63,067 bases of DNA from a virus (lineage: Duplodnaviria; Caudoviricetes). The first letter of the stretch is position 1; every line of letters starts with the position of its first letter. Shown here one piece after another: positions 36,895 through 47,699 of this stretch. The notes below the pieces were generated by a model. It was not told the DNA's origin. It saw only the letters and a program-made list of their open reading frames with translations, and made no database searches. Where the stretch lies: positions 1 through 63,067 of the IMG/VR virus record IMGVR_UViG_3300033808_000012, one strand, 5' to 3'. The position numbers and the translations under genes are program-made.

Positions 36895-37454
36895 GCTTTT
36901 TTTCCGCTCTAGCGCCGATCTTTTCTGCTGTCGGTTCTGTCGTCAGCCTCATCGGCGGCGTATCCCAAGCCAATGCGCAAAAGCAGCAATTAAATTATCA
37001 GGCAGCGATTGCCAACAACAATGCGATCATCGCTCAGCAGAACCAGGAATATGCCGCGAAGGCGGGCGCCGCACAGGCGCAACAGGTCAGCCTACAGGAA
37101 GCCCAGCGTCTTGGCGCGGTCAAAGCGGCTATTGCCGCGAACAATGTTGATGTCAATACTGGCTCCGCAGCGACTGTTCAGGAAAGCCAGCGTGAGACCG
37201 GTACGCTTAACGCGCTGACGACAGAGAATAATGCACTCTTGCAGGCTTATGGCTATGGCGTGCAGGCGCAACAATATGCCTCGCAAGCTGGGCTTTATCA
37301 GACAGCGGCGAGCAATGTTTCTTATCTCGGGGCGGCTGGTTCAGGGTTGGGAGGACTTGGCAATTTGCCGACAAAATTCGGATCGATCTTTGGTAGCAGT
37401 CCGACCAATCAATATGACCCAATAACAGGTCAGATGTTTAGCGCGAGCGCATAG
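36891..37454 (+). CDS. small ejection/internal virion protein (gp14-like)
   Basis: Ala/Gln-rich, AANNVDVNTGSA. Confidence 0.75.
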   Translation: MSFFSALAPIFSAVGSVVSLIGGVSQANAQKQQLNYQAAIANNNAIIAQQNQEYAAKAGAAQAQQVSLQEAQRLGAVKAAIAANNVDVNTGSAATVQESQRETGTLNALTTENNALLQAYGYGVQAQQYASQAGLYQTAASNVSYLGAAGSGLGGLGNLPTKFGSIFGSSPTNQYDPITGQMFSASA

Positions 37455-37455
37455 C

Positions 37456-40400
37456 GTGGCGACTGTCCCTTATGCTCCGACCGAGTACGTTGCGCCACGC
37501 GAGCGCGTGCCGCGCGATTATGAACATATTGAAGCGCCGATTGGTGCATTCGGTGGTTTTCAGGCTGAAGCATTAGAAAAACTCGGCCAGGGGCTGACCT
37601 CGGCGGGCGCGCTCTATGGCAAAGTGGCAGCACAGAATGCATCGAATAATTATGAAGATGCCGTAACGAAGATGCTCTTCGGCGATCCCTCTAAAACATC
37701 GCCGGACGGCACGCCAGATCGCGGTCTCATGGGATTGCGCGGGCAGGATGCGCTGAATGCCGCGAGCACGATGAACCAAAAGCTGATCGATCTCCGTCAG
37801 CAATTTGGTGGATCACTTTGGTCGGCAGACCAGGAGTTGCTTTACAACAACGAGACGGCGCGGACTTTCCGCTATGCGCTGGAAATGGCGGGGCGGCATT
37901 ACGATTCGCAATTCAACGATTATGCCACGGCGACGAATAAGACGACTGCCGATCTAGCGCTAACTGGCATTCGCAATGATCCCAATAATCCTGATTCCGT
38001 TTCAAAGAATATAGACAAATTAACTCGTGCTTATATGCAGGATGCACAACTTCGCTTTGGTCATAATTTAACTAATGACCAAGTTCAGGATGTTACGAAT
38101 AAGGCCCAAACAGACGCGGTAGAAAATCAGATTGAAGCTCTGATGCCGACCAATCCAGCGAAGGCACAACAGCTTCTTGAAAGCCCTGCGGGTCGGCTCC
38201 TTCGCGGACCACGTTATGATAGCCTCAATTGGAAGCTTCAGAACCTCAACAACCGCAATGATGATGATGCCATTGTACGGGGCATCTTCGGCGGATCATT
38301 ACGTGGAGCGTTAACAACGCCAAGTGGAAATGAGCCTACGCAAATTACGGGCGATATCAATCAAACTGCTGGAACGATACGGAAAGTTCTTTCTGATCGC
38401 GGTTGGAGTGATGCGGCAATCAACGGTGCATTGGCCAATGGTTTAGCCGAAAGCAATCTCGCGCCTTGGGGCGCACCAGGAAGTGCGGGAGAGCGTGGCA
38501 TCTGGCAATTTAATCCTGCGAGTCATCTTCCACAATATCGGCAATTTGCGCAGGATCAAGGAAAAGATGTTCAAGATATTGGCGCACAGACAAATTACAT
38601 GGCGAATTGGGTCGAATCCCATATGCCAGGTTATGCTCAATCAAATAATGTTAATACCGCTACTGATCAATTTTTGCATCAATTTGAAGCTCCGCAAAAT
38701 CCTGTTTCTCGTGCCAATTATATTCCAGCAGCGCAACGTGCTGGAATTGGAGCGCCGCCTGAAGCGCGTCCTCAAGGTGCGCCTCCGTTTGATCAAGTCA
38801 TTGGCGATAGTATTGCGCATGGTATCCAGAATATTACAAAAGTTACGGGCGATACGAAGGATGGACGCACGGCACAAGAGGTATTGGACACAATTAGGAA
38901 TGCCGATCCGGCACTGTTGAAAGGGAAAAGTGTTTTTCTTTCATCGGGCGCCAGCAATAGTCCTGATGCACTTAATTTGGTGCCACAGCAAATTCAAGCA
39001 TTAAAAAATGCGGGAGCAAATCCTATTCTTGCCGGTGTTGGAAGCGGCGTTCGGAATTATCAACAGGTCAATGATACGCTGGCTCAATATGCCAAGGATG
39101 CAGGCATTCCATTCACGGGCGAGCTTGCGACGACAGCAGGTGGACGTGTACATCCATCTGATTATGGTGCTGTTGTCCAGCAAGTAGCGCAACTTCACAG
39201 CACACAGCCGCAACTGACTGGACAGCAGCCGCAACCTGCACCACCCGCACAAAATCCTGATGCGCCGCCCGGCTTTCCTACTAAGGAAGAGTTGATCGCC
39301 AAGATTCCGCCTAATGTTGATGATGCGCAATATAATCGGCTCTTTAACAAGATCACCCGCACCTACAACCAGATGCTTCAGGCAACCTCGGCTGAGCGTG
39401 CCCAAGTCACGGCGCAATACAAAGGCGGCTTGGCGATGCTCGCCGATGGGCGCGATTTCGAGATCAATGAGCAGAAAATCAGAAGCCTTTTCCCGCACGA
39501 TGTTGCGGACGAGATGATCGGCAATCTGCACGATGCGCAGACGATAGGCGCGGAGATCAACAATCTGCATGGCATGTCGCCAGATGATATCCTGAAGCAG
39601 AAAACAGCTAATCAGCAGGTTCTCGCCAATTCGACAGGCGAGGACTATTTGCGGCAATCACGACTCAACACGGCCTTCGATAAGGCTCTTGAACAGCATT
39701 TGAAATTGCTCGGCATTGCCGGAACGGCGGATGAGAAGCGTGTCGCCGATCCCGCAGGTTATGTCGTGCAGCACAATGCCGATCTTCAAGCCGCGCAGAA
39801 ATTGGCTGCGGATAATCAGAACATGGACCATCTCGCTTGGAATGCGAGCACGGGGCAACAGATGCCTGCCGAGACTTTTGCCGATAAGCTTTTGGCGGAA
39901 GAAGCACGGCTTGGTGTGCCATCCGAGGGACAGCATGTTCTCAGCCGCGCTGACGCACCCAACATGGTGCGCCAAATCCTTGCTGATCCCGAGAAAGCGC
40001 CTGATGTCATGCGCAGTATAGCGCAGCATTGGGGCACTGCTTGGGATCATGTTTTTCGCGATCTCGTGACCGAGGGCAAATTGCCAGTCGGTTTCCAGTC
40101 TGTCGGTATTCTGGACGACCAGCGCGATGCAGCGTTGTTGGCACGCGGATTATCCGAACAAAGCCGCAGCGGCAAGGAATGGACGGACATTCTTGGCTCC
40201 AAGCCTGTAAACGATATCAAAACGGCAGTGCGCGGCGATCCAAGCGTGATGGCGTTAGTGGATTCGCTTCAGAAGTCCGGCGCAACAGTCGGCAATATTG
40301 ACAGCATTGTTGGCTCAATTGATACGCTGGCTTATGCCAAAGCGTTCTATGACCGTGATCCTTCGGCAGCTCAGGATGCAATCAAGAGCTTCGTCAGCAA

Positions 40401-41073
40401 ATACGAGTTTATGCCGAATGGCGGTGCGCGCGTGCCAGCCAAGAATTTTGATGCTGTGAGCGCGAATGCGGCACAGACATTGACTGGACTTTCGACTGGC
40501 TCGATTGGAATTCCAAATGTCTACCTTCAAGACAATTTTGCGCAAGCAAAGACCGATCTGAATTTAACACCACAGGAGATCAATCTTTATCAACACCATC
40601 TGACCAATCTTAGCGGTAATGGAAAAGTTATTCAGCCCAATGGCGATATCTCGACAGTACTTCAAGAGACGGTCGAGCACGACGGGAAGACTTACAATAT
40701 CCCGACCGTTTGGGATGGAAAAATATTGCCGCCCGATCAGGCTGAAGCGCGCGCCGCTGCGGCGGGTTGGGACAAGTGGCCGAGCTATGCGAATGAGCAA
40801 GATGCTGAAGCGCGCTACAATCAGATGCATGCCTACATGAATAAAGACGTAGGCAACTTCAAAAATCCTGCTACGCCACAGGCACAGGATTATATCAACC
40901 AAGTCCGCGCCGCGCCGTCATGGATCACCAGCCCGAAAGCCGATGCGCTTTGGCTGATGGATTGGCAAGGGCGACTTGTGCGTGATCGCTCAGGAAATCC
41001 CGTCAATGTGCCGTTCGATAAGCCTGCACCACAGCAAGTTGCGCCTGTCATCCCGCCGCAAGCACCGTTCTGA
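37456..41073 (+). CDS. large ejection protein with phage-tail-lysozyme-like and SGNH-like domains
   Basis: GALAN..AES.L.P..GIWQF..F...FE.P; VIGDSIAHG...SSGASN...VHP. Confidence 0.8.
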   Translation: MATVPYAPTEYVAPRERVPRDYEHIEAPIGAFGGFQAEALEKLGQGLTSAGALYGKVAAQNASNNYEDAVTKMLFGDPSKTSPDGTPDRGLMGLRGQDALNAASTMNQKLIDLRQQFGGSLWSADQELLYNNETARTFRYALEMAGRHYDSQFNDYATATNKTTADLALTGIRNDPNNPDSVSKNIDKLTRAYMQDAQLRFGHNLTNDQVQDVTNKAQTDAVENQIEALMPTNPAKAQQLLESPAGRLLRGPRYDSLNWKLQNLNNRNDDDAIVRGIFGGSLRGALTTPSGNEPTQITGDINQTAGTIRKVLSDRGWSDAAINGALANGLAESNLAPWGAPGSAGERGIWQFNPASHLPQYRQFAQDQGKDVQDIGAQTNYMANWVESHMPGYAQSNNVNTATDQFLHQFEAPQNPVSRANYIPAAQRAGIGAPPEARPQGAPPFDQVIGDSIAHGIQNITKVTGDTKDGRTAQEVLDTIRNADPALLKGKSVFLSSGASNSPDALNLVPQQIQALKNAGANPILAGVGSGVRNYQQVNDTLAQYAKDAGIPFTGELATTAGGRVHPSDYGAVVQQVAQLHSTQPQLTGQQPQPAPPAQNPDAPPGFPTKEELIAKIPPNVDDAQYNRLFNKITRTYNQMLQATSAERAQVTAQYKGGLAMLADGRDFEINEQKIRSLFPHDVADEMIGNLHDAQTIGAEINNLHGMSPDDILKQKTANQQVLANSTGEDYLRQSRLNTAFDKALEQHLKLLGIAGTADEKRVADPAGYVVQHNADLQAAQKLAADNQNMDHLAWNASTGQQMPAETFADKLLAEEARLGVPSEGQHVLSRADAPNMVRQILADPEKAPDVMRSIAQHWGTAWDHVFRDLVTEGKLPVGFQSVGILDDQRDAALLARGLSEQSRSGKEWTDILGSKPVNDIKTAVRGDPSVMALVDSLQKSGATVGNIDSIVGSIDTLAYAKAFYDRDPSAAQDAIKSFVSKYEFMPNGGARVPAKNFDAVSANAAQTLTGLSTGSIGIPNVYLQDNFAQAKTDLNLTPQEINLYQHHLTNLSGNGKVIQPNGDISTVLQETVEHDGKTYNIPTVWDGKILPPDQAEARAAAAGWDKWPSYANEQDAEARYNQMHAYMNKDVGNFKNPATPQAQDYINQVRAAPSWITSPKADALWLMDWQGRLVRDRSGNPVNVPFDKPAPQQVAPVIPPQAPF

Positions 41074-42326
41074 TGCCTGACTTCGCGTTCGATGCCACGC
41101 CATTCGAGACGCCGGAAGAGGCAGCCGACATTGGGTATGAGCAAACGCCAGCGACATTGGGACAATTCCTCGGTGCGGAGGCGGCATCAACGACTGAGAA
41201 ACTGCGCTATGCCGCCGATATGGGCATATATCAAGGCTCGTCGGTCCTTTCGCAGATGCTTTACGGTCCTGGTTTTTCGCAAGCCGAAGAAGCTGGACAG
41301 GACATGCCGCTTCCTGGCAGCCAACTCTCACCAATGTTGTCGCGTGATGAATATCAGGCTCGCTACGCGCCCAACGGTCCTGATAGTAAGCCAGTCAGCC
41401 TTGGCGACAGTCCAATGTCCGAGGCTGTCGCGCAACTCATCGGCGAAGCAAAGCGCGACGAACTTCAACGCGAGGCCGTGCTGCAACGATTCCAAGATTC
41501 ACATGGAGCACTGAGCAATCTCGGCGCGGGTATGATCGGCTTCATGCTTGATCCGCTGCGTGCCTCAACGGCGTTCATTCCCGGTATTGGCGAAGAAGCC
41601 GTAACGGCTCGGCTCGGTACGGGAATTGCGGCACAACTAGCGGCACGTCTCGGCACAGGGGCAACGGCGGGCATTCTCTCGCAAGCTCCTGTCTCGGCCT
41701 TGGAGTATGCAGCTGGCACCCAAGAAGCGAGCGACTACAGCCTGCGCGATGCCTTCAGGGATATGCTCTACGCAGGTGCAGGTAACGCGATCTTCCATGC
41801 CGGATTAGGAACCGCTGCTGATCTATGGCGAGCGAAGATGCGTGGCGAGCCGCTGTCGGATGCGGCGAAGATCGCGACGGCTCCCGCCACTGATCAACAT
41901 GCCGCGATGGCGTCGGCGGTGTCGGAGATCGTTGATGGCCGTCCCGTCAATATTACCGGATTCTATGACAATCGCGATCCAGTCGGCTTCATCGAAAATC
42001 AGCAACAGCTCGACCGTGATGGTTACGCACCAGGCATTATGCAAGATGATATGAGCGCACCGTATGAATTGCCTGAAGAAGTACGCGCAGGTGTCCGTGC
42101 GCCGACGCCAGAAGAACTGATCGCAACCATCGGCGGACCTATCAGGAAGCCCGAAGCCGCCGCCGTCGATCTTGAATTACAACAAGCCGAGCAACGCTTC
42201 GCCGATAGCGGTGCGGAGATGACGCCGGAAGAAGCGCAGACTGCACAAGGCTTGCAGGACGCAGACAATCACGCTGCTGCGGTGAATGAAGCTGCTGCAT
42301 GCCTTGGCGAAACGGGTAATTTCTGA
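41073..42326 (+). CDS. internal virion/ejection protein
   Basis: Ala/Gly-rich hydrophobic core with DPL...FIP; operon position. Confidence 0.7.
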   Translation: MPDFAFDATPFETPEEAADIGYEQTPATLGQFLGAEAASTTEKLRYAADMGIYQGSSVLSQMLYGPGFSQAEEAGQDMPLPGSQLSPMLSRDEYQARYAPNGPDSKPVSLGDSPMSEAVAQLIGEAKRDELQREAVLQRFQDSHGALSNLGAGMIGFMLDPLRASTAFIPGIGEEAVTARLGTGIAAQLAARLGTGATAGILSQAPVSALEYAAGTQEASDYSLRDAFRDMLYAGAGNAIFHAGLGTAADLWRAKMRGEPLSDAAKIATAPATDQHAAMASAVSEIVDGRPVNITGFYDNRDPVGFIENQQQLDRDGYAPGIMQDDMSAPYELPEEVRAGVRAPTPEELIATIGGPIRKPEAAAVDLELQQAEQRFADSGAEMTPEEAQTAQGLQDADNHAAAVNEAAACLGETGNF

Positions 42327-44842
42327 TGGCACGATCTTTCGAGGCATGCATAGCCCGTGTTGCTGCTAAGGGCAGCATCGGGCAGCAGGAAGCCTCACAA
42401 ATCCTTGAAGGCTTGGCTGAGCGTGCCGATCAGATGCGGGCGAGCGGCGTGGATGATCCGCTCATTCATGCCGCTCACGAAGCGGCGCTGAACATCAAAG
42501 AAAAAGCCCGTAACGACCGAATGGATGCGCTGCGCAACGCTGCGGCACGCCAGGGGATTCTTGATAATGTCGAGACCAACGGCGGCATTGACACCGCCGA
42601 AACAACACTCCGTTCATTGCTCCATGGCACCAATATCGGTTCGCGCGACAATATCGAGAGCATGTGGAAGGGCAATGCCAGCTTGTGGACTGGCAAGCTT
42701 GGTTGGCAAGTTCGTAAAGAGGGACTGGAGAAAGTCGCCATCCGAGGATTGGCTGATCGCCAACTTGCTAATGCCATTTGGGAATTGAATGCTGGTCGTC
42801 CACTTCAAGGTCAAGGTCCGATAGAGAATGTGGCGCGTGCAGTACAGACGGCGATGGATGGCATGCGCAACCGTCTCAATGCGGCTGGGGCGCGGATCGG
42901 CGATGCGGTCGATTACGTCACTCATACATCGCATGATCCATCGAAGATGCGCCGCGCGGCGGGCGCGCGGATGTCCGCAGACGATGCTTTCAAAACATGG
43001 TGGGAATTTACGCAGCCGAAGCTGGCCGATAAGACCTTCGAGGATGTTATTCCGAATGAGGGCGAGTCAACGCAAGCGGCGCAGGATCGCTTTGGCCGCG
43101 CCGTTTTCGAGGCGCTGGTCACGGGCATCCGAAAGCAACAGCCAGGTGAGGAAGGATCGTTCGGCTCGTTCTTTCAAGGCAGCAATCTGGCGCGTCGAGT
43201 CAGTGAGGGACGTGCTCTGTTCTGGAAGGATGCTGATGCCTGGCATGACTACATGCAGCAATATGGCAAGCCGAAATCACTCATGGCTGGCATTATGGGT
43301 AGCCTTGAGACGGGCGCTCGCCAACTTGCCCTTATGGATAAGTTGGGCACCAGCCCGACGAATAATTTCGATTTGATTCTGCGCCGCATCCAAGAACGTT
43401 ACCGCGACAACATCGATGGCGTGAAGAATTTCCAAGGTCGCATTGAGCCATTACAGCGCGTGATGTCGCAGCTTGACGGCAGCGCCAACATTCCCGCAAG
43501 CGAAGCATGGGCGAAGTTCGGTAGTGTCGTACGAACTTGGGAAACGATGTCAAGCCTTGGCGGCGTGGGATTGACGCACTTTGCCTCAATCTGGCCGACT
43601 GTCACGAGCGAGATGGTGCATCATGGCGTGCCGCGCTTGCAGACGCTCGGCAATCTCGTTCGCGCGCTTGTAGAGGGCAAAGGTTCAGCGGAACGGCAAG
43701 AAATCCTCGCCGATCTTGGTGCATACGCGCATGGTCTTAACCGCGATATGTTCGCACGGTATCAAGCTGACGATCTATTACCGGGGCGCGTATCTAGCCT
43801 TGCAAATACATTTATGAAATACACTGGCATCCATTACATATTTGACAACACGCAGGCTGCTGTGCGTTCGATGTTGGCGAATCAACTTGGACGGAATATC
43901 GATAAGGAATTTGGTCAGCTTGAGCCGCATCTAGCACAGATGATCGAGAAGTACGGCATCGGCGCAAAGGAATGGGATCAACTTCGGTCAGTCAGAGATT
44001 TGCCAACCTTTGACGATCGCACGTTTATGGCTCCCGATAGTGCGCAACGGATTGAAGGATTGTCGCAAGCCGAAAAGGATACGCTCTCGGATAAGCTGTC
44101 TTCCTATTACGAAGATGCTGCCGCGCATGGTGTCGTGACGCCAGGTGTGCGCGAGCGCGCCATGCTGCGTATTGGTCGCCCCGGCACGGCGGGTGGCGAG
44201 ATGATGCGGTTCTTGACCCAATTCAAAATGTGGCCCGCTGCTGCGATGAACCAGATCATCGGACGGGAAATTCATATGTCGCTGTCGCGCGGCGAAGCAG
44301 CCTGGAACCTTGGTATTCTTGCTGCGCTCTCGATGGCCGGTGGCTATTTCCGTATGGTCGTGAACGATCTCGCGACGGGCAACCCGCCAAGGGATATTCG
44401 CAATCCAGCAACCATGTTTGCGGCACTCGCGCAAGGCGGCGGAATCGGCATCCTCGGCGATTTTTTGTTCGGGGAAACGAACCGTATGGGAGCTGGGCTT
44501 GTCTCGACCGCCCTTGGTCCAGTCGCATCTGATGCTGATACTTTCGTTCGAATTTTCACGCGCTTCCGTGATGACCTGACGACGCAGAATCCTTCGGCAC
44601 AGGGACGATTCCACAATCTTTGGGGCGATCTTGCGCACTTCGCCGTTCGGCATGTGCCATTCGCCAACATGGTTTACCTCAAGGGCGCACTCGATTACCT
44701 GCTCTGGTATCACCTGTACGAAGCTGCATCGCCTGGCTGGTGGCAGCGGACAAACCGCAGATTGCAGAAAGAGCAAGGACGCACCATGCAGGGTTTCCGT
44801 CCTGGTGCGCCGATTCCTTATACGCCGTGGGCAGGCTCGTAA
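42326..44842 (+). CDS. large internal virion/ejection protein
   Basis: GE..RF..QFK.WP, GGGIGILGDFL, PF.N..Y.K.ALD motifs. Confidence 0.8.
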   Translation: MARSFEACIARVAAKGSIGQQEASQILEGLAERADQMRASGVDDPLIHAAHEAALNIKEKARNDRMDALRNAAARQGILDNVETNGGIDTAETTLRSLLHGTNIGSRDNIESMWKGNASLWTGKLGWQVRKEGLEKVAIRGLADRQLANAIWELNAGRPLQGQGPIENVARAVQTAMDGMRNRLNAAGARIGDAVDYVTHTSHDPSKMRRAAGARMSADDAFKTWWEFTQPKLADKTFEDVIPNEGESTQAAQDRFGRAVFEALVTGIRKQQPGEEGSFGSFFQGSNLARRVSEGRALFWKDADAWHDYMQQYGKPKSLMAGIMGSLETGARQLALMDKLGTSPTNNFDLILRRIQERYRDNIDGVKNFQGRIEPLQRVMSQLDGSANIPASEAWAKFGSVVRTWETMSSLGGVGLTHFASIWPTVTSEMVHHGVPRLQTLGNLVRALVEGKGSAERQEILADLGAYAHGLNRDMFARYQADDLLPGRVSSLANTFMKYTGIHYIFDNTQAAVRSMLANQLGRNIDKEFGQLEPHLAQMIEKYGIGAKEWDQLRSVRDLPTFDDRTFMAPDSAQRIEGLSQAEKDTLSDKLSSYYEDAAAHGVVTPGVRERAMLRIGRPGTAGGEMMRFLTQFKMWPAAAMNQIIGREIHMSLSRGEAAWNLGILAALSMAGGYFRMVVNDLATGNPPRDIRNPATMFAALAQGGGIGILGDFLFGETNRMGAGLVSTALGPVASDADTFVRIFTRFRDDLTTQNPSAQGRFHNLWGDLAHFAVRHVPFANMVYLKGALDYLLWYHLYEAASPGWWQRTNRRLQKEQGRTMQGFRPGAPIPYTPWAGS

Positions 44843-45006
44843 ATCGCTTTCGTCGCCTTTCAGGCACATTGACTGTAATCGCCACGCTCCTCGCCATTCT
44901 CAACGGATTGCAGCAGCTTCACGCTAGAAAGCTCTCGACGTATTGGGCACAATACGTGGTGGGCGTATCGGGGAAGTGCCACCACTAATGTTTAGGGACA
45001 ATTGAG

Positions 45007-46848
45007 ATGCGCCGACTTTTATGCTGGCTCATGCCCTTCCTTGCGCTCATTGCTCCTGCTTACGCGCAGGTGCCAAGCGGTGGCGGCATTCCTTACCCAG
45101 TCGTTAACGGAGACTGCCTTATCGGCTCTGGCGGACAGCCAATCTGGGGAAGCTGTTCGGGAGGTAGTGCCGTTAGCAGCGTGACCAATAGTGACGGGAC
45201 GTTGACAATCACGCCGTCATCAGGAGCGGTAGTCGCGTCGCTGGCTTTGGGACATCCTAATACGTGGACAGGAAATCAGACCTATAACGCTAACATCATC
45301 CTTGGAACGGGCGTACTACTTTCGCCAGCAGACGGAATTCAAATCCAAGGTTCAGGATCAGGTGTTTCGCAGTTTCAATCCGCGCTCTCCGGTAGTAGCA
45401 ACAATACCGTTATTAGTCCTGGTGGCGCGAGCACCAACACGCTGACCTACCTAGGGAACGGCGTCTCAGTTACGAATGGACAACTTGCAGAATGGTCTGG
45501 AACTGCTGGGGCACTCGTTAGTGAGACCTTCGCTTCTGCCTGTACCGCGATGACGAATCTTGCCTTTGGTTGCGGCAAAGTCGATGCGAGTACGGTCACG
45601 GAGTCGGCGGGCGTCCTAACCGTAATCGGTGATGACTACTACGTTGCCAATGCTTCCTCGACCGGGACGACCATCAATAAGCTCGCGAAGCTCACGGGAT
45701 CGCCTTCGTCTCAAGCCGTTATCACTTCGCACACTGATCCGCCGGCAAGTGCCACGGCAATTGGTATCGTGACTTCTGGGGCAGGCACGACTGGTACAGC
45801 AATCATCCAATTTAACGGTGTCGCGACCTGCGTGTTCGATGGTGCAGCAGTAGCGGGCCATCTCGTGCAAATGAGCACGGGAACGGATGGCGACTGCACG
45901 GACGCTGGAACGTCGCCTGGAAACGGTCAGGTCATCGGTACGGTGATGGGAACTATCGGGGCAGCGGGCAATGCACCTGTTGCACTTGCCATCGTGCCAA
46001 CGACGGATATTCCAGCTCCATCAGCTAATACGCTCCTTGGTTCCAGCAGCGCCAACAGCCCGAATTGGCTCTCACTCGATACCAATACGATCACCAACTC
46101 ATCGGGTGTCTTTATCGTCGGCTCGTCCTTTGATTGGCCGAATGCTGGATCAACAGGCACGACTTTAGGTAAGCTCGCCAAGTTTACGGGGACGCCCTCA
46201 ACAGCGGTCATTACCTCGCATACAACAGACTCTACCAAATCGGTCGCAGTCGGTGTCGTGGTGGCTGGAGCTGGAACTAGCGGCTCAGCGGAAGTCCTCA
46301 ACGTAGGCATCGCCAACTGCGCCTTTGATGGCGCGACGACAGCAGGGCACGCGGCGCAAGTCAGTTCAGCCACGGATGGCGACTGCACGGACTCAGGCTC
46401 GATCACACCGAACGCAGGTCAGATCGTCGGCGTGATCCTGGGGACAATCGGGGCTGCAGGTAACGCGCCCGTGGCTTTCAATATTCCCTCTGAGGCAACA
46501 TCACCGCTCGCTTACCTCAACGTGCCGAGCCAGCTATATACGGGCGGTATCCATCCGCAGGCTTACGGAAACGGCACTGGAAGCGGTACCACGACAATTG
46601 ACTGCGGCAATGGCCCGATCCAGACGCTTTACAACAACGGCGGTTTCACGCTCGCGATGTCGGCGAATGACGGCTCCTGCGTGGTGCGAATCAATAACGG
46701 TCCCTCCGCAGGAACGATCACCTTCTCGGGATTCTCGGAAGGGTCAAACACGGGCGATTCGCTCAATACAACGAATAACAATTATTTTGATATCGCACTG
46801 ACGCGGATAAACGCGAAGCCGCATTATCTCATCAGTGCGCTCCAATGA
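45007..46848 (+). CDS. tail-fibre-like protein with signal peptide and duplicated ~113-aa domain
   Basis: MRRLLCWLMPFLALIAPAYA|Q; Gly/Ser/Thr-rich; internal repeat. Confidence 0.8.
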   Translation: MRRLLCWLMPFLALIAPAYAQVPSGGGIPYPVVNGDCLIGSGGQPIWGSCSGGSAVSSVTNSDGTLTITPSSGAVVASLALGHPNTWTGNQTYNANIILGTGVLLSPADGIQIQGSGSGVSQFQSALSGSSNNTVISPGGASTNTLTYLGNGVSVTNGQLAEWSGTAGALVSETFASACTAMTNLAFGCGKVDASTVTESAGVLTVIGDDYYVANASSTGTTINKLAKLTGSPSSQAVITSHTDPPASATAIGIVTSGAGTTGTAIIQFNGVATCVFDGAAVAGHLVQMSTGTDGDCTDAGTSPGNGQVIGTVMGTIGAAGNAPVALAIVPTTDIPAPSANTLLGSSSANSPNWLSLDTNTITNSSGVFIVGSSFDWPNAGSTGTTLGKLAKFTGTPSTAVITSHTTDSTKSVAVGVVVAGAGTSGSAEVLNVGIANCAFDGATTAGHAAQVSSATDGDCTDSGSITPNAGQIVGVILGTIGAAGNAPVAFNIPSEATSPLAYLNVPSQLYTGGIHPQAYGNGTGSGTTTIDCGNGPIQTLYNNGGFTLAMSANDGSCVVRINNGPSAGTITFSGFSEGSNTGDSLNTTNNNYFDIALTRINAKPHYLISALQ

Positions 46849-47699
46849 TCCGTCGCGTCCTCATAGCGGCTCTGGCCGCGCTTGCCTGCGGTATTGCGCT
46901 CGTCGCGTTCAACCCATCGCCGATGGCGCAGTGGTCGCCACCCGCGATGCTGTCGGCGATGCCCACGCCTGCGTCTGGTTGTTCTCAAGCGACGACCTTC
47001 CTCGCACGCGGCACTTTCGACGGAACCCATACGTCAGCTCTAACTACGGCAATCTGCGGATTTGTCGCTGATGGAACATGGACGGGTTTCGACTTTCTTT
47101 ATTTTTTGGCTAATCAAACTGTAGCTGATGCAAAACTAAATCTGGTTTCCACTTCATTTACTATTAGCCCAAACGGCAGCCCTACATTCACAGCCGATCG
47201 AGGATATTCCGGCCTCGATGCGAGCACAGACACCCTCAGCACTGGACTCAATTCGGGGGCAGGCAGCAACGCTACTCAGAACAGCGCTAGCATCGGCATT
47301 TGGGTAGGAACATCCAGTACAGGAGCCGATCACTATGGCGCTTATGTCGGCGACGGTGGGGAATTCTGGCTCGATTATGACGAGTTGGGCAACGGTACAG
47401 GCGAGATATTTGACTCGCAAGCCCTTACAACGACGGGAGAACCGCCAACAGGAACATTAGTTTCGATTAACAGAAGTGGATCGGCGGCGCGCCAAATCTA
47501 TCAAGGTGGCACTTCAAACAAAAGCGACACAAGAGCATCCACCACACCTGGCGATGTCGCTATTTTAATTCGCAATGAGTTCAGCAGAACTGGTGTTGTT
47601 GTTGCGGCGGCTTTTGTAGGACGGTCGTTCAGTTCTACCGAGCAAGCAAACATCTACTCTCGGATAAATACTTATCTTGCGGCGGTTGGCGGCCAATGA
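46845..47699 (+). CDS. secreted lectin/LamG-like virion-type protein
   Basis: N-terminal signal sequence; GTWTGFDFLYFLA, PTFTADRGY. Confidence 0.7.
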   Translation: MIRRVLIAALAALACGIALVAFNPSPMAQWSPPAMLSAMPTPASGCSQATTFLARGTFDGTHTSALTTAICGFVADGTWTGFDFLYFLANQTVADAKLNLVSTSFTISPNGSPTFTADRGYSGLDASTDTLSTGLNSGAGSNATQNSASIGIWVGTSSTGADHYGAYVGDGGEFWLDYDELGNGTGEIFDSQALTTTGEPPTGTLVSINRSGSAARQIYQGGTSNKSDTRASTTPGDVAILIRNEFSRTGVVVAAAFVGRSFSSTEQANIYSRINTYLAAVGGQ

